Origin: Lingula anatina
Taxonomy: Eukaryota > Animalia > Brachiopoda
Length of the DNA: 64,000 nt
NCBI GenBank assembly: GCA_051362555.1
Contig: CM120644.1
Span: forward strand, 12,112,567 to 12,176,566
Direction of reading: 5' to 3'
Part shown: piece by piece, positions 50,801-60,700 of the stretch
Layout of the letters: each line of letters begins with the position of its first letter
How positions within the stretch are numbered: position 1 is the stretch's first letter
The notes under the pieces: generated by a model
The model's database searches: none
What the model was told of the DNA's origin: nothing
The model's input: only the letters and a program-made list of their open reading frames with translations
Translations under genes and position numbers: made by a program

Positions 50801-51088
50801 TCTGATATATTACATACAAGCAATTTTTCATGCTAAATGTTCCTACCCCAAACAGGTTATTAAATGGCTTAAATTCCCAGTGAACTCCCAAGAAGCATGG
50901 TAAGAAAGTGTCATAAAACATACCAGGTGGAGCAGAAGTAATTTGTTTGGTCTCTTCTTCATTATTGTACAAGTCATAGCTGTTTTCACTCGTATCCTCT
51001 GCCTTTTCAGTAGCTGCCAAGATGGCTGTGACATACTTTGTCAAACGATCGATTTGTGCTTCAGAAAGGCTTGCAATATCTCGTCTCC
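8682..51088 (-). CDS. PTPRN2: IA-2/phogrin-like receptor-type tyrosine-protein phosphatase N (PTPRN/PTPRN2 ortholog); partial spliced CDS, 8 exons in window (51088-50924, 50012-49857, 48497-48395, 40813-40730, 34988-34912, 18767-18694, 9369-9178, 8824-8682)
   Basis: Exons join in frame with GT-AG boundaries (internal phases 1,1,2,2,1,0,0; first starts phase 1, last ends phase 2). Translation gives a SEA-like ectodomain ([43 protein letters not shown]..-..VLITNAFIG), a TM helix, then ADYQDLCRQRM and SSTSSW, which are hallmark IA-2 family motifs. Invertebrates typically have one gene co-orthologous to PTPRN and PTPRN2. Confidence 0.93.
9178..9369 (-). CDS. PTPRN2: IA-2-like transmembrane exon ([40 protein letters not shown]...ADYQ)
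   Basis: Acceptor ctttttgacAG, donor CAG|gtttga; 192 nt, phase 0-0. Hydrophobic TM segment, basic stop-transfer residues, ends in ADYQ. Confidence 0.95.
10131..10355. mobile_element. PIF/Harbinger-like MITE, same family as 6653 and 63789
   Basis: TAA on both flanks; shares GGGGAGTCTCACTAGATTACTGT...CCCCAGGGAGTTAGGTCGATCTAAA with 63789-64000. Confidence 0.75.
12570..12827 (+). mobile_element. ~260-bp TIR MITE, family D copy 1
   Basis: Collinear with 13613-13875 and inverted relative to 45662-45934; TTTCTAATGGGGAAA / TTTCCCCATCGAAA inverted ends. Confidence 0.65.
13135..13152 (-). CDS. Candidate 18-nt cassette microexon (ENYILK) of the IA-2-like gene
   Basis: gattttgtttcAG|GAAAATTATATTTTAAAG|gtgagc; phase 0-0 within a phase-0 intron; no homology or transcript support visible. 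Confidence 0.4.
13613..13875 (+). mobile_element. ~260-bp TIR MITE, family D copy 2
   Basis: ATGACTCAAACTGTTCAGTGGGGAAAA / TTTTCCCATTGAAAAGATTCGAGTCAT inverted termini. Confidence 0.7.
18694..18767 (-). CDS. PTPRN2: IA-2-like exon, end of SEA-like domain ([25 protein letters not shown])
   Basis: Acceptor tgtgttttacAG, donor GAG|gtacgt; 74 nt, phase 1-0. Resembles IA-2 KSELEAQTGLQILQTGVG. Confidence 0.88.
20940..21232. mobile_element. Foldback MITE (Harbinger-like termini)
   Basis: TGAGGCCATTCAGAACA / TGTTTTGAATGGCCTCA ends; ~120-bp imperfect arms (ACTAAATATGG / CCATATTTAGT, GCAGTGCC / GGCACTGC). Confidence 0.7.
26524..26612. repeat. (GA)n microsatellite
   Basis: Read directly; other GA/TC tracts at about 20229-20277, 33748-33787, 34542-34569 and 34829-34862. 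Confidence 0.95.
27150..27407. mobile_element. EnSpm/CACTA-like non-autonomous element with internal TTGCA repeats
   Basis: CCAAGG...CCTTGG termini, CA on both flanks (2-bp TSD), interior dense in TTTGCAA/GCAAATTTG motifs in both orientations. Confidence 0.55.
28001..31072 (-). mobile_element. Non-autonomous Helentron/Helitron2-like element (HINE), family A copy 1, with 146-bp internal satellite
   Basis: Left end AA|CTAG, hairpin GAGGCG-atac-CGCCTC, subterminal IR TTGTACCACCAGC (28036-28048) matching the terminal GCTGGTGGTACAA (31060-31072), right-end hairpin, adjacent (GCCGGCGGA)n. A second copy lies at 54513. Confidence 0.85.
28211..30075. repeat. 146-bp tandem satellite (~11 units, interrupted at 28609-28898) inside family A copy 1
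   Basis: GGTGAAAAGT recurs at 28351 and 28497, then at 28941, 29087, 29233, 29379, 29525, 29671, 29817 and 29963 (period 146). Confidence 0.95.
34912..34988 (-). CDS. PTPRN2: IA-2-like exon, SEA-like domain ([25 protein letters not shown])
   Basis: Acceptor ttttatttacAG, donor G|gtgagt; 77 nt, phase 2-1. Resembles IA-2 VVGPALTFRI...LSLADVTQQA. Confidence 0.9.
37458..37635. mobile_element. CAGG-ended MITE
   Basis: TIRs CAGGGGTAGCCCCAGCA / TGCTAGGGCTACCCCAG; flanks AGTTC / AATTC (imperfect 5-bp TSD). Confidence 0.65.
37647..37793. mobile_element. Short Harbinger-like MITE
   Basis: TAA on both flanks; ATTCAGAACAGTGGAC / GTCCACTGTAACTGAAT inverted; shares ATTCAGAACAG and AAATATGGC with the 20940 element. 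Confidence 0.65.
37879..37941. repeat. (AAT)n microsatellite
   Basis: Read directly. Confidence 0.95.
40730..40813 (-). CDS. PTPRN2: IA-2-like exon, SEA-like domain ([29 protein letters not shown])
   Basis: Acceptor tttttcttttAG, donor AG|gtaata; 84 nt, phase 2-2. Resembles IA-2 PLSLAAGVKLLEILAEHVHMSSGSFINIS. Confidence 0.9.
40826..43487 (-). mobile_element. HINE family B copy 1 with ~161-bp internal satellite; terminal block duplicated
   Basis: Left end AA|CAAG, hairpin GGCAGC-aaa-GCTGTC, subterminal IR ATGTACAGACA (40846) matching the terminal hairpin ATGTACAGACACA-tc-TGTGTCTGTACAT (43458-43485), adjacent (GACGGCGAC)n. A second copy lies at 57710. Confidence 0.85.
42020..43380. repeat. 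~161-bp tandem satellite inside family B copy 1
   Basis: A(T/C)GCTGATTTTC recurs at 42066, 42228, 42390, 42551, 42711 and 42870, and again after the internal end-block. Confidence 0.92.
44724..44759. repeat. (CA)n microsatellite
   Basis: Read directly; (GT)n tracts at about 44191-44222 and 47788-47814. Confidence 0.95.
45662..45934 (-). mobile_element. ~270-bp TIR MITE, family D copy 3 (with expanded poly-C)
   Basis: GTAGCCTGCTTTTTCATTTTGTTGCTACC is essentially the reverse complement of 13715-13742; C run at about 45877-45908. Confidence 0.65.
48395..48497 (-). CDS. PTPRN2: IA-2-like exon, start of SEA-like domain (AKTINSADS...[12 protein letters not shown])
   Basis: Acceptor tctgccAG, donor AG|gtaaag; 103 nt, phase 1-2. 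YVNITFEK aligns by eye with vertebrate YGYIVTDQK. Confidence 0.85.
49857..50012 (-). CDS. PTPRN2: IA-2-like exon, pro-region ([10 protein letters not shown]...[18 protein letters not shown])
   Basis: Acceptor ttattacttgcAG, donor CAG|gtgcag (weak); 156 nt, phase 1-1, open frame. Confidence 0.75.
50190..50358. mobile_element. Diverged fragment of the same palindromic MITE group
   Basis: Shares TCCAACTCTGCAGGGG..CTCACT, ACTTAGGGAGAAT and GATCGATC..TGGGAATGGGG motifs with the 5985 and 10131 copies. Confidence 0.5.
50924..51088 (-). CDS. PTPRN2: IA-2-like exon, pro-region ([28 protein letters not shown]...TSAPP)
   Basis: Acceptor tgtttatttcAG, donor G|gtatgt; 165 nt, phase 1-1, open frame that joins the next exon. 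Confidence 0.8.
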
Positions 51089-54000
51089 CTGAAATAAACA
51101 GAATAACAAAGTTACCTGGTCTTTATTCATATATAAAAAGCTGTGTGATTTGATAACAAAAATCATTTCAAAAGGAAAAAATTATTGCTGGAGTCATCTG
51201 TCATGTGTGACAAAATATATGTTGCAGTTTGCCGAATAGCAATATTGGAGATGAAAATGAGGATAAATTAAAAAACTATATGACACATTCAGTTTCTTAA
51301 TTCATGCAGGAAAGGACTTAATTTAAAGCAAATATGAAAACTTGTTCAAGTCACTATTTCAAATTGGCAAATATGTCAGTAAAGAAAAAAAAAAAAACAC
51401 GGAGCCAGGGCCAAAGATTAAATGTTAACTTCAGTGCAATGCCATAAATTTCAGCCACAATTTTCCCCAATAGAACCGTATGGAAGTCATTTTCCCTTCT
51501 AAAATGATGCAATATCCATTTCCGTCATCTGGGAATTTTCATGGGTTTCAGAATGGTGAACATGACCTTAGAGAATGGCTTTACTTTCCTGTAGGTTAGG
51601 AACCCAAAGGCATAATAACCTTATTGTATTAACATACCATATTTCATTAATTACTTTATCAAAGTGGTGATAGATTTCACATAATCTCCATGGAGTCCCA
51701 AGTTCATATTGACTACCCAAAATGTTACAAAAAGGTATAAAATATTCAACAGCAAAGGCAGTAATGTTCGGCAATGTGTTAACCAGCCATAACAATGAAA
51801 TATGTGCAACTGCAGAGCCTGATGCATGTATCATGTCAGTATTAGTCCCCAGTACAATTCAATTATATCCACATGTTTTAACTCAACTTAATGTTCTATA
51901 CAGTAGAACAAATTATTATTTTCAACAGCACCATATGCCCATTCCAGTCCTAATTTCCTTGAATAAAATGATGTCGAAATCCTTGATTATTATCAGAGTC
52001 ACTTATACCAATCCACCAATCAAGTTACGAATTTCAGCAAGATGTTTGCCACAAACTGCAGAACTATTGGACACTTTATTCTCAAATGCATCACATTTTA
52101 ATGTTTATTCAAAGACAGCTTTACTGAATGACCCAAATTTCCCCAAAGCATTTGTTGAAATCTGTGATAATATCATGTATAATAAAATATCCCAGTTTCT
52201 ATACCAGCACAGGGAAATGAGATATATTAGTCATGATTTATAAAATAGCCAATAAGTTGTTTATATGTTGAGATAGGTTCAGCAATTTGACAAACAATTG
52301 ATCAAAAATCTCCTTTTGTAACAAACAAATTATTTTATGATACTCACATATACATACGTATACATTTCAATGCCATTCAGACATCTTTAGTCTACAGTGA
52401 TGCCACTAGGTGTCGCTTGTGTTGCCAAAGATAAAAAATGTCAATGCAGACTGCAGATGTCAGACTGACACTGACACATAACTCTGAGTATCATAAAAAC
52501 ACGTTTGTGACAAAAGAACAATTATTATCTAGTAGGTTTTGACCTCATGATAATGTGATATACAAAATTTGCCAAATGTCACAAGGCAGATTACAATATA
52601 CTGAGTACACACTATATCATCTTGAATGTCCCTTGAAAAAGATGACTATACGGTAATGTGCCAAGCATTTCGACGGGCCCAGTCAATCCGACCACAAAAA
52701 TTATTTTATAAAATTAATTTTTCTGGACTCAAACAATTAGTCCATACGTCAAAATCATGGGACAGAATTTTTTTCTTGTTCCGATTGTTCGACCACATCG
52801 TCGACAAGACTCGGTAAATTTTCAAGCCAGTGAAATAGATGCTGCATGCCTCGGCCCTTTGTCAATTGTTGTCCTTTCAATAGCTCTCGTCAATGAGGAA
52901 GAAACAATTAATTGAAGATCTAATCTGGAAGCATGACGTACCTGTCTTTTCCTTTGTCCCCGATGACAATAATAGTGCTTATAGACATACAAATTTTGCT
53001 ATTAAGCAGACTTGCCCTCGCTGACTGATTCATCACGCCCGTAACTGGGGCGGGGGGGGGGGGGGGGTAAAAAAAAGGTCTATTCTGGATGAAACCAAAT
53101 ATCGACAGTGGGTAAAATACGTCGTAAACACCTTCATATAGACCATATATCGCGTTTGCTAGCAATAAAAAGTTTGGGAAGAATAAGCAATTTATTTTCA
53201 AGTTCGACTGAAATATATATGCAGATGGGGAAGCGTTCTTGAAGTCAACACAGCAAGATCTTACATTTACTACAATCGACCGAAAGATCAGCGGGATCGA
53301 CCGCCCAGACTTCTTGGCGCCAAATACCACGCGCTGTCAAAATCTGACGAACACGTGTCGCTGTTCACCTACATGGATAACTGATTTGTCAACAATAAAA
53401 ATGACGTCTTCCTTAACTCCATGGGAGCTTCATAGAGAGTTCCACTGGGTATTTACATTACCTGTGAGTCACTTTCTATTTCCCTAGATGCATGAAATGT
53501 TGATAATATTTAGCGTAATCCACGACGAACTCCATTCCTGTGACCCCTCCCCCAAAATGGGACCGTCTTCATTAACATGTGGTTTGCGCTATGCTGGAAC
53601 AGACCAGATAAAACCAGTCTCTCATTTCTGCATGTGCTCAATTCTCACGTCAAATTATAAATGCACCTGTTTTGTGAAAATTATGGCAAGTAAATGCTTT
53701 TTTTACGTTCGGGTTGTATCAGTGGGGTTTTCAATATGCACCGTGGTTTGTGCACAGCGAGAGTATATAAGTAAGAAAATCGGAAGAATGCCAGCAAAAT
53801 ACTGTATGTCTATCGGCACAGGTATGCTCCATATTTTGCCTTTACTCAATATGTTTTTATATGACATGCTTTTTAAATAAAATACTTAATAGTAATTTGA
53901 AGTTACACTGATTTCCGTTTGAGTACCAGTTGGTATTCTTTGATACGGGTGATTGAATTTTCTTCGGAAGTACGTACGTCTACGCCTTGACGCTGAGCAA

Positions 54001-54512
54001 GCCTTGCAGGTTGAAAACAACTGATCTCAGACTGGTAAAAAATTTCAATTCGGTTGATTTCAGTTGTCATATTAAAATTCAAATAGGGCGTACGTAGATC
54101 ACATAACTAGTTAAAGTCCACTTAAGCTACCGGTTTCAAATATAAGTGACCGGCCTTTGTTTACAACACCTGTCTCCGGGGAAATACTCGTCCAACTTGT
54201 GAAGCGCATCATGAAAGTGATCGTAGGTGAGGGAAATGTATAATTAAAAATTATAATTGTCGTCTTTTTTAATGTTAAGTAATGTTAGCACATACTGTAC
54301 ACAGCAAAATAAGTTTTCAGGAGGATAAAACATGCCTGAAACACATGTTAGGCGAAAATTGCGGCTTATCTTGCGTAACACTTCCGGTAAAATGCAATAC
54401 TTCCGGAAAGATGGACGTTTTGGCAGATGCCCCTAACAATCCGACGATATCAAAGGTTTCCATTTGCTGTATTTTAATCAATTCGACCAAACTGACATTT
54501 CCATGAAATTAA

Positions 54513-56666
54513 CTAGAGGATCAGAGAGGCGATACCGCCTCCGAATATTGTACCACCAGCTGGAGCAAGCGCATTTGTATAGACCCCCACATACACAAAA
54601 TAAGGGACACAGCCACCAGTTTTGTGCTTGACAAGCTGTAAAAATGCAATCAACAAGAATTTTTAAACTTTTGCAAAAAATATATATGGTACAATCAAAT
54701 TTAAGTTCTTCATAAGATAGGTCAAGGGTCAATTTCAAGGTCACAGTAAATTGCCAGTATATGACTTCCTATTCAAGTTCAAGAGTAACTATGGACCTAT
54801 CTCTGCCAGTTTTGGAGATAAAAGAAAAGCAAAATTTGCAAAATTCAGTTCATGGTGAAAAGTGGGTCAAAGGTCAATTTTAAGGTCACATATAGATTGC
54901 CAGTATATGACTTCCTATTCAAGTTCAATAGTAACTATGGACCTATGTCTGCCAATTTTGGAGATAAAAGGGAAGAAAAATTTGCAAAGTTCAGTTCATG
55001 GTGAAAAGTAGGTCAAAGGTCAATTTTAAGGTCACATATAGATTGCCAGTATATGACTTCCTATTCAAGTCCAATAGTAACTACGGACCTATCTCTGCCA
55101 GTTTTGGAGATAAAAGGAAAGCAAAATTTGCAAAGTTCAATTCATGGTGAAAAGTAGGTCAAAGGTCAATTTTAAGGTCACATATAGATTGCCAGTATAT
55201 GACTTCCTATTCAAGTTCAATAGTAACTACGGACCTATCTCTGCCAGTTTTGGAGATAAAAGGAAAGCAAAATTTGCAAAGTTCAATTCATGGTGAAAAG
55301 AAGGTCAAAGGTCAATTTCAAGGTCACATTTAGATTGCCAGTATATGACTTTCTATTCAAGTTCAATACTAACTATGGACTTATCTCAGCCAGTTTTGGA
55401 GATAAAAGGGAAGCAAAATTTGCAAAGTTCAGTTCATGGTGAAAAGAAGGTCAAAGGTCAATTTTAAGATCACATTTTGATTGCCAGTATATGACTTCCT
55501 ATTCAAGTTCAATAGTAACTATGGACCTATCTCTGCCAGTTTTGGAGATAAATGGGAAGCAAAATTTGCAAAGTTCAGTTCATGGTGAAAAGTAGGTCAA
55601 AGGTCAATTTCAAGGTCACAGTAAGATTGCCAGTAAATGACTTCCTATTCAACTTCAATAGTAACTATGGACCTATCTCTGCCAGTTTTGGAGATATAAG
55701 GGACTAAATGTTATAATTTTGGAGTTACCATAATGTGCCTTAAATTTCGTACAGAAAAAATTAATTAAAATAAAGAAAATGTCATTTTGGTCAAAATTCT
55801 TGAAATAGGAGGTGCTCTGAAGTTTCAGAAGTTCAAATTTGATGAAATAATGTCATTTTTGAACACAAGTTGTCTGCTTTGCCAAGCCTTATGTTTTATT
55901 TTTCCAGAGTTCAAAATTTATTATCCATTACCGTACTGCACATTTTGCTTTTACCACCAATATGTACTTTTTGATATAGCGTAACTCGAAAACCGTATGG
56001 AATACAAAAAAACCGAGACCACCTCCAGTGTTGGGCTTTACATGCTCTACAAAATGAAAAAAAGAATGGGTCTCTAGCATTAACGGTTCCCGAATTAGAG
56101 ACAGTTTTCAGTTTCGGTATCTTATGGCCGCTACTCCCGTGAAAATGCACCGATTGACCCCAAATTCATGGAGATGAAAGATGACCTGAAGGGTAACACT
56201 TTCCAATAATATTATTGGTTAAGTCTGTGTAGTGTCTGAATAACAGGGCAAAAAAAATTTTTTTCGTAAAAAATTTCAATTTTTTTTTAAATTTTGGCCC
56301 ATTTGACCTAGAAGTAAAGGTCAAAGGTCAAATCCAAGGGTATATTTGAAATCTACACATATGACTTTTGGAAAGCCGTCTATAGAAATTTTTCCCATAA
56401 CTCCTTCCGTAGGGTAGATAATTAGCATTTAATTTTGCCATTTTTAGACAAGGGTGCATTGTAATGAGTGCCACACCCAGACCCCAATACCGACAAAGCC
56501 CAAATTTTACGTAGAACGAGTTGAGATTATAGGTGACCTAAATCCATGAGATGGGTACGGGGGCCCTTACTGTCTAGGAGGAGAAGCGGTAACGGTAGCC
56601 GTCCGGCGGAGCCGGCGGAACGATCCGGACGGGACCGAAACCATGTGTACCGCCAGCGCTAACGCT
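54513..56666 (-). mobile_element. HINE family A copy 2 (~7 x 146-bp units; terminal hairpin truncated)
   Basis: Near-identical to 28001-31072 from AACTAGAGGATCAGAGAGGCG onward; units at 54854, 55000, 55146, 55292, 55438, 55584; ends at ...GCGCTAACGCT. Confidence 0.85.
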
Positions 56667-57709
56667 TTATATTAACCAGAGATAATTAAACAGGATTGCC
56701 ATAAGTCTCTCAACCTTGCATAAGACTCCTAAACTACAGGGTGTCCCTGCGTCAGCAATTTCCTTTCAAAACTGCCCTGCTTGCATTCTGTGTACTAGCT
56801 AGTATGTGCAGGAGTGCTATTTCGTATAGTGCAATGGCAGATATTGGGAACCCAACAGGCACTTGCCTATACCCTATATGCTACCCAGAGTTTCTGAGAT
56901 ACCAATCTTTCCTCCTTCTACCCCCCCCCAAAAAAAAAAGACACAAGATCAAATCAAGCAATTCTTTTAATCTCTGTTCCCTATGTATTAGAGTGAAATC
57001 ATTGTCTGCTGATTCCTTGTTTCAGCCATGCGCCTTGATGCACCCCCTTATTAAACAAAATCTGAGAGCCACAAGTGACTTCTTCAGTCTTTGTAGTCCT
57101 GAGTAAGTCCCTATTCTATCTGCAGTAACATCAAAGCCATTCTTTAGGAACATGGGATTTCCTGGTTAGATGGAATCACGAGAGCACCTAACTATGAATA
57201 TTGTGATGATATTTCAGTACACTCAGTAATGGAAAAATTAAGAAGCACTCCCATCAATCAAACCTAAGAGTTATCACAATGAGAAAAATATCCTTCATAA
57301 CGCCAGTACCAATGGGAAAATAAAAAGTGCATGCGGAATGGATAAAGGCAGTATATTTGTAGCCACACATAGGCTTAAAACATTGGATGAGAAACAAAAA
57401 AAGTTAATTATTCTAAAAATATTAATTTAGAAGCTGCATACAGTGAATTTCTCCCCTGTCTTCATAATCACACCGAGTCGGATATTCAGCCTCTCTGTTG
57501 ATATCAAAGATAATGAAGAAGGATTGCTCGTTAGATTCTAGAGATAAAAAGAGAAAAAAACCAGAACAGAATAATCAATTATTCAGCAAGTCATAGATAT
57601 GGAGTCACATTATGTCCGAGATAGTACACTGTCACCCAAGCGATATATGCCAGCACACATCCAGCAGGCCCGTAGCCAGCAATTTCAGAGGGGGGGTTTG
57701 TATTCTGAA

Positions 57710-60700
57710 CAAGGCAGCAAAGCTGTCAAATGTACAGACAAAAAACAGGAAATAACTATGCACAAAATAGGCTACTGTCAATTCTGATGCAAAAGTACAT
57801 TATGTTGAACTGCAAATTCAACATTAAATTTTAACTAGACTGCAACTGGCTAAAGCCAGTGGCGGAGGATTCCCCTGCAAAATAGGAAATGCTCTTACAA
57901 GGTCATGTGAAGGTCATGGGTTAAATTTGAGCCCATATTCTGAAAGAGCATGTGTGAATTTGGGGGTGGGGGGTCAACAAAACATCACTTTTAGCCCACT
58001 TCAATATTTCTCCATGAAATAGCCAAATGACCTTGAAAATAAGGGTCAAGGTCAAATTTGACATTTGATTTAGGGGTTTTGGGTATATGTTTGGGGTAGT
58101 TTACTATAGCATGCTATGACCAAAAACCAGTGTTTCATGGAGAAATTGCCAAACTCAAGATTTATGCAATGTCATAAATATTTAAAAATCTATATTAAAA
58201 AAGTAATTAGGCAGTTGCTACTAAAGTACGGCTAACCTTAGATAAATATATAGGACATCATTTGCCACTATGATCAGGGCTCTGGGCCTTCCGGTTTCTG
58301 AGATCTCGGAAACAAACCTTTTTTGAGCCCGTTTGGCCATTAGCGACCTTGACCTTGACCTACTTGCATAAAAGTAGGTCATTATCTGTGAATTTGGCTC
58401 AGTATCATTGGCCACAAGGCCCTTAGCCATATGGCTTATACTTTAGGCCAAATGGCAATTTCAAATTTTACAAATTTTGCCTTTAAAAGCCCCTGTGCCC
58501 TTGAAAAGTAGGTCAAGGTCACTGAAACTGGTTCTGTGGCATATTCTTGCCATAGGCTACCTATGATAATTATTTCAGATTTCTTGCGAAAAAAAAACGC
58601 GCGGAAAGAATAACTATAATAATAATAATAATAATACTACCAAAAACAATAGTATTCCCCTATGGGGAATCCTAATTATGCTCAACAGGTAATACCAATG
58701 TAAGTAAAATGTGTAACAAGCATAAGGCTTCAGGCCCATGGGAGTTCAAGTTCACACTTTGAAAATGTATAACTTCCAGAAAAAGAAGCCAATTAGACTA
58801 CTTTTCCAACTCAGGCTGCATTTTAGCCCTGTATTTCTTTTTTGAAAGTTTGGCAATCATAAATAACATGGTTTTCCCATAATGGTCCTCATGGCAGCAG
58901 CACCCAAAATTGTGTTTTCTTCTATTCTGATGCAATATTACATAATGGTTAACAGCATGAAGACCGTCAACTTTTGAAAATAAAATAAACGTATCATGGA
59001 TTTTCAGAAAATGTGACTAGCACAGGTCTTCAAGCATATCTTGTGAAAAATTAAAATTTCACAAAAAAAAAAAAACTGTTTAACTGGCAGTAAGAATTAC
59101 CAAACAGACTGCATTGCCTACTGAAGCTGTATTTTAGTCGCATGTTTTTCTTTCCTGCAAGTTTGAGAACAGTAAGTGACCTGGTTTTTCTTAAATGGTC
59201 ATCATGGGAGCAGTGCCCAAAATAGTTTTTTGATGCAATATTACATAACGTTTAACAGCATAATGACCATCAATTTTTAATAATAAAATATTAGTATCAT
59301 GGATATTCAGAAAATGTGATATGGGAAGGTCTTCAGGCCCATGGAACTTCAAAGTCACAACTTGAAAATGCCAAAATGTAAACAAGACAGCACTGTTCTG
59401 AAATGTTTTTTTTAAACATAAAACAAAATTAAGTTTACTGCCATTTTTATATGATCAACTAAGAAAAATATCAATAGAGCAGTGTTAAATACCCAATTTC
59501 TTCCATTCTGAGATTCTGAACATAGTGAATGATTGAATCTGACAAACTGCTATGACATGAGTTTATTTCCACTTTTGAAAGCTATTATTCTGATATCTGA
59601 ACTTTTCATCAGACCATGTGACATCCATAGATGGCTATACTTTGTAATAATATCTTAAGAGATTATAACAAAAAAAAAAAAAAAAACACTTTTTAGAAAG
59701 AAAATTAATTATTTGCCAAAAAGAACAGTCAAGTTGCAAATATTGCACAACAGGTAGTATCAATAAAAGTTAAATGTTACATGTCCTTGGGAGTTATAAG
59801 TCCCACAATGAAAATTCCAGTATGTGAAAGATAAAATTTCACAAAATGTACAACAGAATAACATGCTCAATAAGATTACAGTTTCAGGACCATATGTGAG
59901 AGTTCAAATTCACATATCTAGCTGTCTAATTACTAACATGACTAACATTTACCTGCACAATAATAATTGATTCCTTATTATGTGACACAGTTAAGAGAGA
60001 TTTACCCAGGGGACTTTACAATGAAATTTCATCGTGTGTTTTATGTAATCTCATTTAATAGCCACTTGAAAAATTATTAAGCAAATTACTTTATGAACGT
60101 GTGTTTTATGTAATCTCATTTAATGGCCACTTGAAAATTAATTAAGCAAATTAGTTTGTGACCCTGAATTAATATACTGCCATATACATTTATTGCACCA
60201 TAGTTCACTCTATAGAACTGCATTGCTTCCAAAACAGAAAACAATCACACTGGTTTTCCAACACAAGCTGCACTTCAGTCTTATGAAACTTTTCAGCAAA
60301 TTTGAGTATCATAAGTAACATGGTTTTCCCTTAATCGCTATCCTGGCAGCAGTGTCCAAAATACAGGTTTCTTCAACTTTCATGCAATATAACACAATAC
60401 TTAACAGCATAATGACCAATTTTTTATAAAAAAAATAAAAGTATCATGGATATTCAGAAAATGTGATATGGGAAGGTCTTCAAGACCATCAAAGTTCAAA
60501 ATGCCAAAATGTAAACAAGAGATAACTGTACTGAAATGATTTTCTTTCCATTTTCAACACCTTTTTACATAAAACAAAATAATCAATTTACTGTCATTTT
60601 TAAATGATCATCTAGGAAAATTGTCGACATAGGAAAAATATCAATAGAACAATTTTAAATGTCCAATTTGCTCCATTTGCAGATTCTGAACATAGTGAAT

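Noticed and set aside
51722-52243. Longest ORFs in the track (173 aa here, 153 aa at 6335-6796)
   Set aside because: They have AT-driven composition and no recognisable motif; the 6335 ORF runs into a MITE.
52920-52975. ORF end IIVIGDKGKDRYVMLPD resembles the integron-integrase/tyrosine-recombinase 'V..GKG.KDR..MLP' motif
   Set aside because: Spacing is off, there is no upstream TG.R..E box in that ORF and it stops immediately afterwards; most likely coincidence.
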